NCBI GenBank assembly: GCA_944358855.1
Contig: CALVSC010000003.1
Location: 1 to 46,231 of the forward strand
Source of the DNA: an uncultured Bacilli bacterium
Lineage (GTDB): Bacteria; Bacillota_I; Bacilli_A; RF39; UBA660
Direction of reading: 5' to 3'
Length of the DNA: 46,231 bases
Shown here: one piece after another, positions 35,782-45,948 of the stretch
Layout: every line of letters begins with the position of its first letter
How positions within the stretch are numbered: position 1 is the first letter of the stretch
Program-made: the position numbers and the translations under genes
Notes under the pieces: generated by a model
Told to the model about the DNA's origin: nothing
Databases searched by the model: none
Seen by the model: only the letters and a program-made list of their open reading frames with translations

Positions 35782-37332
35782 ATGGATACATTTATCAGAT
35801 TTTTATATGAATTTATGTCCGTCTTTTTTAACGGACTGTTTACAATATTTAAAGGTATTGCATCCGGCTTCATGCAGATGTTTGATTTTAGTGAATACCT
35901 ATACATTATTCAATTTTATAAAAATGACTTTAAAATGTCAGAATGGATATTAGTTATTGTCGCAATTATTGTTTTAGCTATTCTATTAGCTTTAATTATC
36001 CTAGTATTATATTTAATAGTAAGAAAATATATTAGATTTAGAAAAACTCTAGTAGAGCAAGAATCTATGTTAACGGAAATAGGGGAATTGAATCAAAAAG
36101 TTGCTAGTCTTGTAAAAGAAAAAGAAGATATTTTAGCAATGAAAGTGTCACAACTTGGATTAAAGCCAGACGAAGCGAATGTTATTAGTGAAGAAGAAAC
36201 AGGAGAAAAGCCAAAAGAAGGAGAAGATCCACAACTTGATGAAGATGACAGTAAATATCGTTTCTCTAAATTACATGCCATTGATTTACAGTATAGAGAT
36301 TATAAAGTTCAAAACTACAATAATACATTTACGCTAGAAGAATTAGTAGATAACTTTAGAAACTTCGCCGCTTCCAAGCTAAAACTATATTACACAACTA
36401 AAATGATACGTTTATTTATTTCATCATTATCCGCAACGAAACTTGTAATCCTACAAGGTATCTCTGGTACTGGTAAGACTTCCCTTGCATATGCCTGGGG
36501 TAAATTTATTAAACGAGATGCAATCATTGCCTCTGTTCAACCATCTTGGAGAGACCGTACAGAATTATTTGGATACTTCAACGAGTTTACCAAGAAGTTT
36601 AATGAAACAGACGTATTAAAAGCATTATATGTTGCTGGATATACGGATGATGTCTATGTAACTGTACTAGATGAAATGAACATTGCCCGTGTCGAATATT
36701 ATTTCGCCGAAATGTTATCTATTCTAGAAATGCCTAGTAGAGATGAATGGATTATCGAACTTGTACCAAGTAGTTGGGATACCGACCCTAAAAAATTAAA
36801 AAATGGTAAATTACAAATACCTGGAAACATGTGGTATATTGGTACTATCAACAACGATGACTCTACTTTCGCTGTAACAGATAAGGTATACGACCGTGCT
36901 ATGCCAATCGATATCAACGATAAAGGACAACCATTTGAACCAGTGGATACAGAAGCAATGAACATTAATAGTTCTTACCTAGAAGGATTATTTGCTGATG
37001 CTAAACAAAAACATCCTCTATCAGAAGATATGGAACAAAAAATATCAGAAATGGATGACTACGTTATTAAACATTTCCGTATCGCCTTTGGTAACCGTAT
37101 TGTTAAACAGATGAGAGACTTTGTCGCAACCTATGTAGAATGTGGTGGAACAGAAGTAGATGGTGTTGATTATTATATCGCAAGAAAGATATTAAGAAAG
37201 TTTGAACAATTAAACTTAGCCTATATCAGAGATGAAATTGATGGCTTTATTGATTTCTTAAATAAAGAATTTGGAAAAGAAAACTTTAATGAATGTAAAG
37301 ACTACTTATTAAGACTTAAGAAATTAGTTTAA
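35782..37332 (+). CDS. Membrane-anchored McrB-like AAA+ NTPase
   Basis: N-terminal hydrophobic helices plus coiled coil. Walker A GISGTGKT, SVQPSW..R.ELFGY, Walker B LDEMN.ARVEYYF, GTINNDD (NxxD), KVYDRA. Confidence 0.85.
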   Translation: MDTFIRFLYEFMSVFFNGLFTIFKGIASGFMQMFDFSEYLYIIQFYKNDFKMSEWILVIVAIIVLAILLALIILVLYLIVRKYIRFRKTLVEQESMLTEIGELNQKVASLVKEKEDILAMKVSQLGLKPDEANVISEEETGEKPKEGEDPQLDEDDSKYRFSKLHAIDLQYRDYKVQNYNNTFTLEELVDNFRNFAASKLKLYYTTKMIRLFISSLSATKLVILQGISGTGKTSLAYAWGKFIKRDAIIASVQPSWRDRTELFGYFNEFTKKFNETDVLKALYVAGYTDDVYVTVLDEMNIARVEYYFAEMLSILEMPSRDEWIIELVPSSWDTDPKKLKNGKLQIPGNMWYIGTINNDDSTFAVTDKVYDRAMPIDINDKGQPFEPVDTEAMNINSSYLEGLFADAKQKHPLSEDMEQKISEMDDYVIKHFRIAFGNRIVKQMRDFVATYVECGGTEVDGVDYYIARKILRKFEQLNLAYIRDEIDGFIDFLNKEFGKENFNECKDYLLRLKKLV

Positions 37333-37350
37333 TAGAAAGGAAGGGTAACT

Positions 37351-38478
37351 ATGGATAAAGAAGAACAAGAAGTATTAAATGAATCGTTAAATCAAGATGA
37401 GTTCTTCTCAAATATGAATTCACTTTTATCTGTAAAAACAGACTATGAAAAAAGAGAATATGATTATGAGTGGATTGATATCATAGACGAAACTCTTCCT
37501 TATCTTGATAACATTTTACGTAATCCTAAAAGATTTATTATTAATGAAGAAGAAGTAGTAAAAGTAGAAAAATCCAAAAAAGTAACAGTAGAAAGTATTA
37601 TTCACTTATCACAACATACAAACTATATTCAAAAAATAGAAGATAATGGGGATGTAAAACCCTCTAAAATTCTAAATATCAACAAAGAAGAAAGTTTGGA
37701 TACTTATGAAAATAGATTTATTTATACATTAATTAATAATGTTAGAAACTTCTATGAAAAAAGGCGTGCAGAAACAGGGGACTATTCTTATTTTAAAGAC
37801 AAAAAACAATTAAAATTTGAAGCAAACACAGTAATAGATACAGAAGAAGTTCAAATATCATTAGACATTTCTTCTAAGAATGAAGCAAAACTAGATACTA
37901 AGAAAAACGCTGGGGAAGAAAGTGTTGCTGACAGATTAAAAAGAATAAAAGTACAACTAGATGGTTTCACAATGTCAGAATTAATGCAAACACTAGCTAA
38001 ATTACATGTACCACCAGTTCGTTCACCTATAAGAAAAACAAACGTAATTTTAAAGAATCCAAACTTCCAAAAAGCAGAAGCTTTATGGAACTACATGCAA
38101 ATGTATGAAGAAAAAGATATTAGTGAAAACGATCATCAAGAATACTATGATACAGGTTCTCTAAAAAAAGAATACAATCAAGCATTTTTAAGTCTATATA
38201 CGGCAAATAAAATGCTAGATCATGAAAATAAGACAATGTCTGAAAATAAATTACTTTCTAAAACGATGAATCGTCTAATCGAAAACATCTTAGAAAGTAA
38301 TTATGAAATAACAGAACAAGAAATAAAAGACTTATTCAATAAACAATTAAAACTAATTAAAAAAGCAAATGAAGCGAAAAGAAGAAGAATTAAAAAACTT
38401 CTTTTAGATAAACTAAATGATGAAAACAAATCATATATAGAAGATTGGAAAATACTAGAGGAGACGGTAATATGCTAA
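37351..38478 (+). CDS. DUF2357-like (McrC N-terminal-like) protein with no evident nuclease domain
   Basis: DTYENRFIYTL and KNPNFQ...LW motifs, directly after the McrB-like gene; helical C-terminus without PD-(D/E)xK. Confidence 0.7.
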   Translation: MDKEEQEVLNESLNQDEFFSNMNSLLSVKTDYEKREYDYEWIDIIDETLPYLDNILRNPKRFIINEEEVVKVEKSKKVTVESIIHLSQHTNYIQKIEDNGDVKPSKILNINKEESLDTYENRFIYTLINNVRNFYEKRRAETGDYSYFKDKKQLKFEANTVIDTEEVQISLDISSKNEAKLDTKKNAGEESVADRLKRIKVQLDGFTMSELMQTLAKLHVPPVRSPIRKTNVILKNPNFQKAEALWNYMQMYEEKDISENDHQEYYDTGSLKKEYNQAFLSLYTANKMLDHENKTMSENKLLSKTMNRLIENILESNYEITEQEIKDLFNKQLKLIKKANEAKRRRIKKLLLDKLNDENKSYIEDWKILEETVIC

Positions 38479-39086
38479 GAAAAGTATTAGATAGTAAGTA
38501 TTTTCAAATCCCATATAAAATAATAAAAACAATAATATTTATCATGTTAATTGTTTATTTAGCCTTTATTTTATGTCAAAGATTATCTGGAAATAAAAGT
38601 ATATGTGGATATCGTCTATTTGCAGTCGCAACAGGAAGTATGGTTCCAGATTATCAAATAAATGATGTGCTAGCGATTAAAAAAGTATCTCATAATGAAT
38701 TAAAAGTAGGGGACGATATTACATATCTAGGAACAAAACAAGATGTAAATGGTCGAATTGTTACCCATAGAATTATTAAAATAGTAAATAAAGATGGAAA
38801 AAAACAATATATAACGAAAGGTATTAATAATGAGGTAGAAGATCCCGTCATTGAAGATGGACAAATATATGGTAAAGTAGTTGGGAAAGTACCAATTATT
38901 AGTGAAATAAATCACATAGTAAAAAATCAATATGGCTTTTTCTTTTTAATATTTTTGCCAATTGTTTTAGTTATCTTTTTAGAAATAGCTGATACTGTAA
39001 CAGATATAAAGAAGGATAAACTAGAATATGAAAATGAGAAAAAAGAGGAGGAGAAGGATGAAGACAAATCGGAGGAAATTATCTGA
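38472..39086 (+). CDS. sipW: SipW-type signal peptidase I
   Basis: VATGSMVP, GDDITY, VTHRII, TKGINN..ED, YGKV, GFFFLIFLP. Confidence 0.9.
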   Translation: MLRKVLDSKYFQIPYKIIKTIIFIMLIVYLAFILCQRLSGNKSICGYRLFAVATGSMVPDYQINDVLAIKKVSHNELKVGDDITYLGTKQDVNGRIVTHRIIKIVNKDGKKQYITKGINNEVEDPVIEDGQIYGKVVGKVPIISEINHIVKNQYGFFFLIFLPIVLVIFLEIADTVTDIKKDKLEYENEKKEEEKDEDKSEEII

Positions 39087-39813
39087 CAATAAAGAACAAA
39101 ATGATAAAAGAAGAATTCGTAAACGAATCATCATTCGAAGTCTACTACTTGTTGCCTTTCTCTTAGCAATTAACACCTTTGCGTGGTTTACTTATATTTC
39201 AAGAGCAGGAGTTACCTTAAATGCAAGTGTAGTAAACTGGGATGTAACATTCCTAGAAGAAACGAATGTAATTAGAGAAATTGTTATTAATGTAAAAGAT
39301 ATGAAACCAGGAATGTTACCAGTAGAAAGAAAAGTAAGTATTAAAAATGGTGGAGAAGTAGATGCGAAAATTACTTATGTTTTAAAAACAGTAACATTAT
39401 TAGGGCAAGATATAAAACTAGATAAATCAACAGATGAAATCCATCAAAGTCTAGCCAATGATTATCCATTTAAATTAGTATTAAACTTAGACAAAACAAT
39501 AGTAAAACCATTTGATAGTGGAAACTTTGATATCTCTATTAACTGGGACTATGAAGCAGATGAATTTTATAAATTAAATGATTTTTATACTTATGATGCT
39601 GGAGTATATTATTACACATTAAATAATGGAACATATCAAATAGATAACACGGTAACGGAACAAAACTTTAAAGAAAAAGTATCTCAAGGACTATACTTAG
39701 AAAAAGATGATGCTGATAGTTTCTGGGGATATGCTTGTGGACAATATGAAAACTCTACAGGAAAACCATGTTTAAAACTAGAATTTGAATTAAATGCTAC
39801 ACAAGTAGAATAA
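39058..39813 (+). CDS. TasA-like secreted protein with SipW-type signal
   Basis: Arg/Lys-rich n-region, NTFA|WFT motif, VVNWDV, DMKPG, IKNGG.VDA, terminal LNATQ. Confidence 0.75.
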   Translation: MKTNRRKLSDNKEQNDKRRIRKRIIIRSLLLVAFLLAINTFAWFTYISRAGVTLNASVVNWDVTFLEETNVIREIVINVKDMKPGMLPVERKVSIKNGGEVDAKITYVLKTVTLLGQDIKLDKSTDEIHQSLANDYPFKLVLNLDKTIVKPFDSGNFDISINWDYEADEFYKLNDFYTYDAGVYYYTLNNGTYQIDNTVTEQNFKEKVSQGLYLEKDDADSFWGYACGQYENSTGKPCLKLEFELNATQVE

Positions 39814-39839
39814 AAGCACTTTCAAAGAAGTGCTATTTT
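39813..39839. terminator. Bidirectional terminator between convergent pilin-like genes
   Basis: AGCACTT-tcaaag-AAGTGCT flanked by A and T runs. Confidence 0.6.
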
Positions 39840-40450
39840 ATTTGTTCAAAATGTAATGTAACTTTCATTAGTGCTTTACTACTATTATCAATACCAACAT
39901 CAGTATCTTGTGAATTATCCATAGTACCAGTTTCATCATCCCATACTACATAAATACGAAAGACGCTACTAGCTTTATTTTTAGGTATCTGTTGTACAAT
40001 ACCTGTATCTGCAACATACTCTCGTCTATCCTCAACCGGTACCATATCATTACTAGTAGGGTTATACTCGAATGTTTCAGTCTTTAAATCAGAAACACTA
40101 GAATTATCCGCTACCTCTGAACGAATAGTAACAGTAAAAGGAACATCTACATTACTAGCATCAATAGAAATAGTATAATAACCTTCTACTCCAGGAGCAA
40201 TTACACCTTCATTATGATATAAATCCTCTGGAAAAGTAGGGGTAATTGTCGTTGTTAAAGTCTTTTTGTTCATAATATCTTCGCCATTTACTTTAATATT
40301 CCAACTAGCAATATCTCCTTCGACATTACCACTAACACCACGTCTATATTTAGCATAAGAAGATTGGAATAAATAAATTAAACAAACACTAACGATAATG
40401 ACAAATAAAAGAATAAACCAAATATCTTTCTTTTTACTTTCTTCTTTCAT
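39833..40450 (-). CDS. TasA-like secreted protein with SipW-type signal (paralogue of 32486)
   Basis: SSYA|KY motif, IASWNIKVNG, IAPGVEG, IYVVWDD, terminal VTLHFEQ. Confidence 0.75.
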   Translation of the reverse strand: MKEESKKKDIWFILLFVIIVSVCLIYLFQSSYAKYRRGVSGNVEGDIASWNIKVNGEDIMNKKTLTTTITPTFPEDLYHNEGVIAPGVEGYYTISIDASNVDVPFTVTIRSEVADNSSVSDLKTETFEYNPTSNDMVPVEDRREYVADTGIVQQIPKNKASSVFRIYVVWDDETGTMDNSQDTDVGIDNSSKALMKVTLHFEQIK

Positions 40451-40623
40451 AGGTACACCTACCTTATAGATAAATTTTACCATAAAATAAAGGTAAATAA
40501 AATAAAAACTTATGATTAGTATATATATAATTTATCATAATAAGTGTCAACTTATAATACAAGAATGAAAAATATTTATAAAATAGCAAAAATATGATAT
40601 ATTCATAATAAGGATGTGACGAT

Positions 40624-41460
40624 ATGAAAAAGACAATACTTTTATTAGGAGTAATAATATCAACACTACTATTAACAGGGTGTGATGGAAATGTAACAAG
40701 AGATATTAGACATGCTGGTTTTGCTCTATCTGGTAATGAATTTGCTTGTTCTACATTAATGCCAATTGATGATGAAACCCCTGCCCAAGAGACAATTATG
40801 TATTCAGACGGATCTTTTGCTATTACCGAATCAGGAAGACTATATGAACTATCTTTACAACAACCATATAGTAATGAAGAAAACTGTCGTAAAATATCAT
40901 TCTCTGTAGATATCATAGCCTATATGGATAATAAAATATTAAAAGGAATTGATAACAAATATTACTATGCACCTGGATCAAGTAATCAACCAGCATTAAG
41001 TGAAGTAACTACAGCGGATAGTGAATATCAGATCTATAACTTATTACTTAGTAGTCCAACAGTAAAAAAAGTGATGACAGTAAATACTGGACAAGGAATA
41101 TATTACGTATTAGAAGATGATGGAACAGTATATGAATATACCTTAGTACAACAAGATAATGCTTCTCCATATCAAATACAATCTAAAATACCAGTATACT
41201 CTAGTTCAGAATATGGAAATATTATAGACTTTAACTATGCAGGAGATAGTACAACAACCTATATTAAAACAGAAAACGAAATCTATCGTATGAAAGCAAC
41301 GAATGAAGAAGAGTGTACAAAATATGCAGATGTTGCTTGCAACTATAAAATGAAAAAAGATGAAACTTTGACAAAGTATTATAAAGAAGAACCAAAGATA
41401 TTATATTATGGACCAAGTATTTTAATTACAACTTATGGAAAAGAGTTTACACCAGCATAG
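40624..41460 (+). CDS. Lipoprotein of unknown function
   Basis: Lipobox LLLTG|C after a short signal peptide. Confidence 0.8.
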   Translation: MKKTILLLGVIISTLLLTGCDGNVTRDIRHAGFALSGNEFACSTLMPIDDETPAQETIMYSDGSFAITESGRLYELSLQQPYSNEENCRKISFSVDIIAYMDNKILKGIDNKYYYAPGSSNQPALSEVTTADSEYQIYNLLLSSPTVKKVMTVNTGQGIYYVLEDDGTVYEYTLVQQDNASPYQIQSKIPVYSSSEYGNIIDFNYAGDSTTTYIKTENEIYRMKATNEEECTKYADVACNYKMKKDETLTKYYKEEPKILYYGPSILITTYGKEFTPA

Positions 41461-41474
41461 TAAACTCTTTTTTT
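41439..41474 (+). terminator. Rho-independent terminator overlapping the stop codon
   Basis: AAAAGAGTTTAC ... GTAAACTCTTTT followed by a T run. Confidence 0.75.
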
Positions 41475-41529
41475 GACTAAAATGACATTTTATGGTAAAA
41501 TAAGCCTAATTATTTAGGGGGCGAAAGCG

Positions 41530-42513
41530 ATGAAACATAAGTCAATAATAGAACAATTACATATGCCATTAAATGAATTAAACGCTTATTATCGTGAACT
41601 AAGAAAAATAGCGTATGAAGCAGGAGAACCTATAAAAGGAGTAGAAGCTAGAAAAAAACTTCATGGACTAGTCCAAAAGATTGTTGATGTTGAAAAACTA
41701 ATGGAAGGATTTAAAGTAGAAGTACTAAGTGATGAAAGTACAAAAGGACCTCGACCAAGAGTTTATGCCGTAACCCATGTTGCGAGATTTGATATTGAAG
41801 CTGCAGTAGAAGCTGCTAAAGAAGGAGCCTATATTGTCTGGGGAGACCCTGGAGAATTATATCGTAATCCAGAACGAATCTTTCTAGAGATGATAGGAAT
41901 GTTATATGTTGATACCGATAATAAAGAAGATAGACACATTTCACTTGAAAACATGGTAAAACTTCTTAAACAAGGAGGAAACGTAATTATCTTTCCAGAG
42001 GGAGCATGGAATATAACAGAAAATGAAGTGGTAATGAAATTATTTACTGGAGTAATAGAAGCAGCGATTAGAGGAGGAGCAGATATTGTTCCAATGGCCG
42101 TAGAAAAAGACAGTAACAACTGTTACTATGTAAAAGTTGGTAAAAATATTGATACTCAAGATATGAAACTAGAAGATAAAAGACTTCATGCCGATGATTT
42201 ACGTGATACTCTTGCAACATTAAAATGGGGAATCTGGGAACATATTGATTCTAAAGAAGGAGGAATTATAAGAAGCGAGTTAAGTCCTGATGCCGGAGAA
42301 AAGTTCCTAGATGGTATCATGAAAGACTCCGATAACGGATATACAACAGATGTAATAAATGCCACTAGATTTATTGATAAAAATGAAACATCACCAGACG
42401 ATGCCTTTGCTCATTTATTAGATATAAAAAGAACAGAAGAAAACAACTTTTTATTTGAAGATATGACAAAAGAAGATAGAAAACGCTTAGCTAGGGTATT
42501 GATAAGAAAGTAA
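41530..42513 (+). CDS. Lysophospholipid/glycerol acyltransferase (PlsC-like)
   Basis: THxxxxD (THVARFD), IFPEG, IVPMA motifs. Confidence 0.8.
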   Translation: MKHKSIIEQLHMPLNELNAYYRELRKIAYEAGEPIKGVEARKKLHGLVQKIVDVEKLMEGFKVEVLSDESTKGPRPRVYAVTHVARFDIEAAVEAAKEGAYIVWGDPGELYRNPERIFLEMIGMLYVDTDNKEDRHISLENMVKLLKQGGNVIIFPEGAWNITENEVVMKLFTGVIEAAIRGGADIVPMAVEKDSNNCYYVKVGKNIDTQDMKLEDKRLHADDLRDTLATLKWGIWEHIDSKEGGIIRSELSPDAGEKFLDGIMKDSDNGYTTDVINATRFIDKNETSPDDAFAHLLDIKRTEENNFLFEDMTKEDRKRLARVLIRK

Positions 42514-42550
42514 TATAATGATATCCTATAAATAATAGGAGTGAAGTTTT

Positions 42551-44389
42551 ATGAGTGGTATTTGGTTACCTTTTGCAGCTGTAACAATAAGTGTTTTTTT
42601 AGTAATTATTTTCTTTACAAAACCGAATGTAAATTCAACAGAAGTAAGATTATATAAATGGACATTAGTAATTAATTTATTTTTTAGTATAAATGCAGCC
42701 TTTGCTTATATTATTGCCGAAACAACAGACTTAGTATCTGTTGTGTCTTTTTTGCAAAGAATTCACCTAAGTTTACTATTAACAGTAGGATGTTGTCTGC
42801 TAGTATACAATATTATTATTAATAATTTTGATGAAAAGATATATCAAAAACTAAAAAAAATATTAATAATAATAAACACCATCATCGTATTTTTAATCTT
42901 TGTAACACCAATAAATACCATTATTGATGGAGAAATACTAGATGTAGGTGGTACTTCATATCAAATTATGATGGGAACTTTAATTATATATTTTATTTCG
43001 TTAATAATATTAAGTATTCGCTATATCATATCCCAAAAAAGTGGAATAAAAAAAGCCTTACCATTTATTATATTACTTATTATGTTTATATCAGCCTTGG
43101 CATTAAGAGCGTATTTCCCAGAAGTAACAACAGAAACATTTTGTATTGCTTTTGCTTTATTAATTATGTATTTTACGATTGAAAATCCTGATGTAAAAAT
43201 GATTAATGAATTAAACATTGCCAAAGAAGCAGCAGAACGTGCCAATCGTGCTAAAAGTGATTTCCTATCTAGCATGTCACATGAAATCAGAACGCCATTA
43301 AATGCTATTGTAGGACTATCAGAAGATGTAAGAGATAATAAAGATTGTCCAGAAAGTATGAAAGAAGATTTAGATGATATTGTTGCGGCCTCAAAAACAC
43401 TACTTGAAATTGTTGGTAATATCATGGATATAAATAAAATAGAAAGTAATAAACTAGAAATTACAGAAAACTCATATGATCTAAAAAAAGAAGTAGAAAC
43501 AATTGCTAGAGTAGAAAAAACTAGAATAAAAGATAAACCAATAGACTATAGAATTAATATTGCAGACGATATTCCATATCGATTAATTGGAGATAAGTCA
43601 CATATAAAACAAATAATAACAAACTTATTATCGAATGCTTTAAAATATACAGAAAAAGGATTTGTAGAACTAAATGTAAAATGTATCAACAAAGAAGATA
43701 TCTGTTTATTAATTATTAGTGTTAGAGATAGTGGTAGAGGAATAAAAGCGGAAAACATCAACAAATTATTTACAAAATTTGAACGCCTTGGTATTGAAAA
43801 AAACACGACTACAGAAGGGACTGGTCTAGGCCTTGCCATTACAAAAAGATTAGTGGAGTTAATGCATGGTACTATTAATGTAGAAAGTAGATATAAAGAA
43901 GGATCTATCTTTATGGTCCAACTACCACAAAAAATTGATAAACTATCACGTCCACTTGATAAAGAAACAGAATCTACATCCGAATTATTGACAACATCAA
44001 CTAATCTAGCATCTAAAAAAATATTAGTAGTAGATGATAACAAATTAAATCTAAAAGTAGCAAGAAGAGCATTAGAATCATTGAATATAGAAATGGATGA
44101 AGCAATGAGCGGAAGTGAATGCTTAGAGAAAATTCATGCTAAAAATCATTACGACGCCATTTTAATGGACATTATGATGCCAGGTATGAATGGTGAAGTA
44201 ACACTACAAGAACTAAAAAAGGATGAAAACTTTAAAACTCCTGTTTTAGCAGTCACAGCAGACGCCATTCAAGGAGCGGAAGAAAAATATCTAAAAGAAG
44301 GATTTGTAAGTTACATATCCAAACCATTCACGAAAGAAGAAATGAAAGAAAAATTATCTAAAGTATTAAAACAAGATGAAATATTATAA
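42551..44389 (+). CDS. Membrane hybrid sensor histidine kinase with receiver domain
   Basis: ~7 TM helices; [37 protein letters not shown]; receiver VVDD...LMDIMMP...KP. Confidence 0.92.
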   Translation: MSGIWLPFAAVTISVFLVIIFFTKPNVNSTEVRLYKWTLVINLFFSINAAFAYIIAETTDLVSVVSFLQRIHLSLLLTVGCCLLVYNIIINNFDEKIYQKLKKILIIINTIIVFLIFVTPINTIIDGEILDVGGTSYQIMMGTLIIYFISLIILSIRYIISQKSGIKKALPFIILLIMFISALALRAYFPEVTTETFCIAFALLIMYFTIENPDVKMINELNIAKEAAERANRAKSDFLSSMSHEIRTPLNAIVGLSEDVRDNKDCPESMKEDLDDIVAASKTLLEIVGNIMDINKIESNKLEITENSYDLKKEVETIARVEKTRIKDKPIDYRINIADDIPYRLIGDKSHIKQIITNLLSNALKYTEKGFVELNVKCINKEDICLLIISVRDSGRGIKAENINKLFTKFERLGIEKNTTTEGTGLGLAITKRLVELMHGTINVESRYKEGSIFMVQLPQKIDKLSRPLDKETESTSELLTTSTNLASKKILVVDDNKLNLKVARRALESLNIEMDEAMSGSECLEKIHAKNHYDAILMDIMMPGMNGEVTLQELKKDENFKTPVLAVTADAIQGAEEKYLKEGFVSYISKPFTKEEMKEKLSKVLKQDEIL

Positions 44390-44401
44390 GGGGGGCAAAC
44401 T

Positions 44402-45277
44402 ATGCTAACAACAAACAATTGGAAAGACTATGAATTAATCGCAACTTCACGAGGTCAAAAATTAGAAAGATGGAAAGATATCTATCTACTAAGACCAGAC
44501 CCACAAGTAATCTGGGATGAAGGAGATTTGCTTGAAAAGTATCATTCCTTAATACACGCTGTATACCATCGTAGTAAACAAGGGGGAGGTTCCTGGGAAA
44601 ATTTAAAACCTGTACCAGCATCTTGGAAAATTAATTATAAGAACTTAACATTTAATATCAAACAAATGGGATTTAAGCATACTGGATTATTCCCTGAACA
44701 AGCGATAAATTGGGATTTTATGATTGATAAAATAAAAAAAGAAAATAGAAAAATAAAAGTATTAAACTTATTTGCTTATACGGGAGGAGCAACCGTTGCT
44801 TGTCTAAGTGCCAATGCTGCTGTAACACATGTAGATGCCTCTAGAGGAATGGTAGATTGGTGCAAAGAAAATGTCAAAGATAGTGGTTATGAAAATGCCG
44901 AAATTCGTTATTTAGTAGATGATGTTATAAAATTTGTAAAAAGAGAAATTAGAAGAGGAAATAAATATGATGCCATTATTATGGATCCACCAAGTTATGG
45001 AAGAGGAGCTAATAAGGAAGTCTGGGATATAGAAAAAAGTCTAAATTACTTAGTTACCCTATGTACAGAAATATTATCAGACGATCCTTTATTCTTTATT
45101 ATTAATTCCTATACAACAGGACTATCTTCTACAGTATTAAAGAACATATTAACATTAACTGTGGATAAAAAGAAAAAAGGAAAAATAACCTGTGGAGAAA
45201 TAGGATTACAAGGTACTAAAGATAATTTAATATTACCATGTGGTATTTATGGAAGATGGGAAAAAGATGAAAATTAA
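44402..45277 (+). CDS. Class I SAM-dependent methyltransferase (RlmI-related family)
   Basis: FKHTGLFPEQ, VLNLFAYTGG, HVDAS, MDPPSYG. Confidence 0.85.
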   Translation: MLTTNNWKDYELIATSRGQKLERWKDIYLLRPDPQVIWDEGDLLEKYHSLIHAVYHRSKQGGGSWENLKPVPASWKINYKNLTFNIKQMGFKHTGLFPEQAINWDFMIDKIKKENRKIKVLNLFAYTGGATVACLSANAAVTHVDASRGMVDWCKENVKDSGYENAEIRYLVDDVIKFVKREIRRGNKYDAIIMDPPSYGRGANKEVWDIEKSLNYLVTLCTEILSDDPLFFIINSYTTGLSSTVLKNILTLTVDKKKKGKITCGEIGLQGTKDNLILPCGIYGRWEKDEN

Positions 45278-45938
45278 TATATTATATGAAGACAATCACT
45301 TATTAGTTGTGGAAAAACCAATAAACATGTTAAGTCAAAGTGATAATACCAAAGACCAAGACTTATTAACCTTATTAAAAGAATATATAAAAGAAAAATA
45401 TCACAAGCCCGGAAATGTCTATTTAGGACTTGTTCATCGTCTAGATCGGCCAGTAGGAGGAGTAATGGTTTTTGCCAGAACTTCTAAAGCTGCATCAAGA
45501 CTATCAGACCAAATAAAAAATCACAAATTAAAGAAAACCTATTTAGCAATAGTAGAAGGAATCATCGAAGAAGGCACCACAACTTGGACAGATAAAATAA
45601 AAAAATTAGATAATGGAAATAGTATTATTAGTGAAGATGGGAAAGAAGCAATTCTTGACTTTACAGTTTTAGACAGAAACAAGAAAGAAAATATGACATT
45701 AGTAAAAATTAACTTAAAGACTGGAAGGCATCATCAAATAAGAGTTCAGTTTGCTTATCATAATCATCCATTATGTGGTGATCAACGCTATGGAAACGGT
45801 GAAAAAAAACAAATTGCATTGTTTGCATATAAGCTTTCTTTTGAACATCCAACCACGAAAGAAAAGCTAGAATTTACAGTGCTTCCACCAAAGATAGATG
45901 ATTGGACAAAATTTACAGTGTCAAAGTATGTCCAATAG
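45267..45938 (+). CDS. RluA family pseudouridine synthase
   Basis: VHRLDRPVGG, TGRHHQIRVQ, PLCGDQRYG. Confidence 0.92.
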   Translation: MKINILYEDNHLLVVEKPINMLSQSDNTKDQDLLTLLKEYIKEKYHKPGNVYLGLVHRLDRPVGGVMVFARTSKAASRLSDQIKNHKLKKTYLAIVEGIIEEGTTTWTDKIKKLDNGNSIISEDGKEAILDFTVLDRNKKENMTLVKINLKTGRHHQIRVQFAYHNHPLCGDQRYGNGEKKQIALFAYKLSFEHPTTKEKLEFTVLPPKIDDWTKFTVSKYVQ

Positions 45939-45948
45939 ATAAAATGAT

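Noticed and set aside
35782-38478. Ordinary McrBC restriction system
   Set aside because: No DNA-recognition domain and no PD-(D/E)xK motif are visible. It is reported as an atypical module instead.
18559-40450. Type IV/Tad or sortase pilus interpretation
   Set aside because: No G|FxxxE prepilin motif, PilB/PilC/TadA, sortase or LPxTG. Cleavage motifs follow the hydrophobic region, as for SipW substrates.
40464-40916. 150-aa minus-strand ORF
   Set aside because: Overlaps the lipoprotein gene antisense and runs through an AT-rich divergent promoter region.
1054-44621. Numerous other short minus-strand ORFs in the track (e.g. 9989-10600, 30931-31422, 43546-44043)
   Set aside because: They lie antisense to well-supported genes, have Ser/Phe/Leu-rich shadow composition, and show no recognisable motifs.
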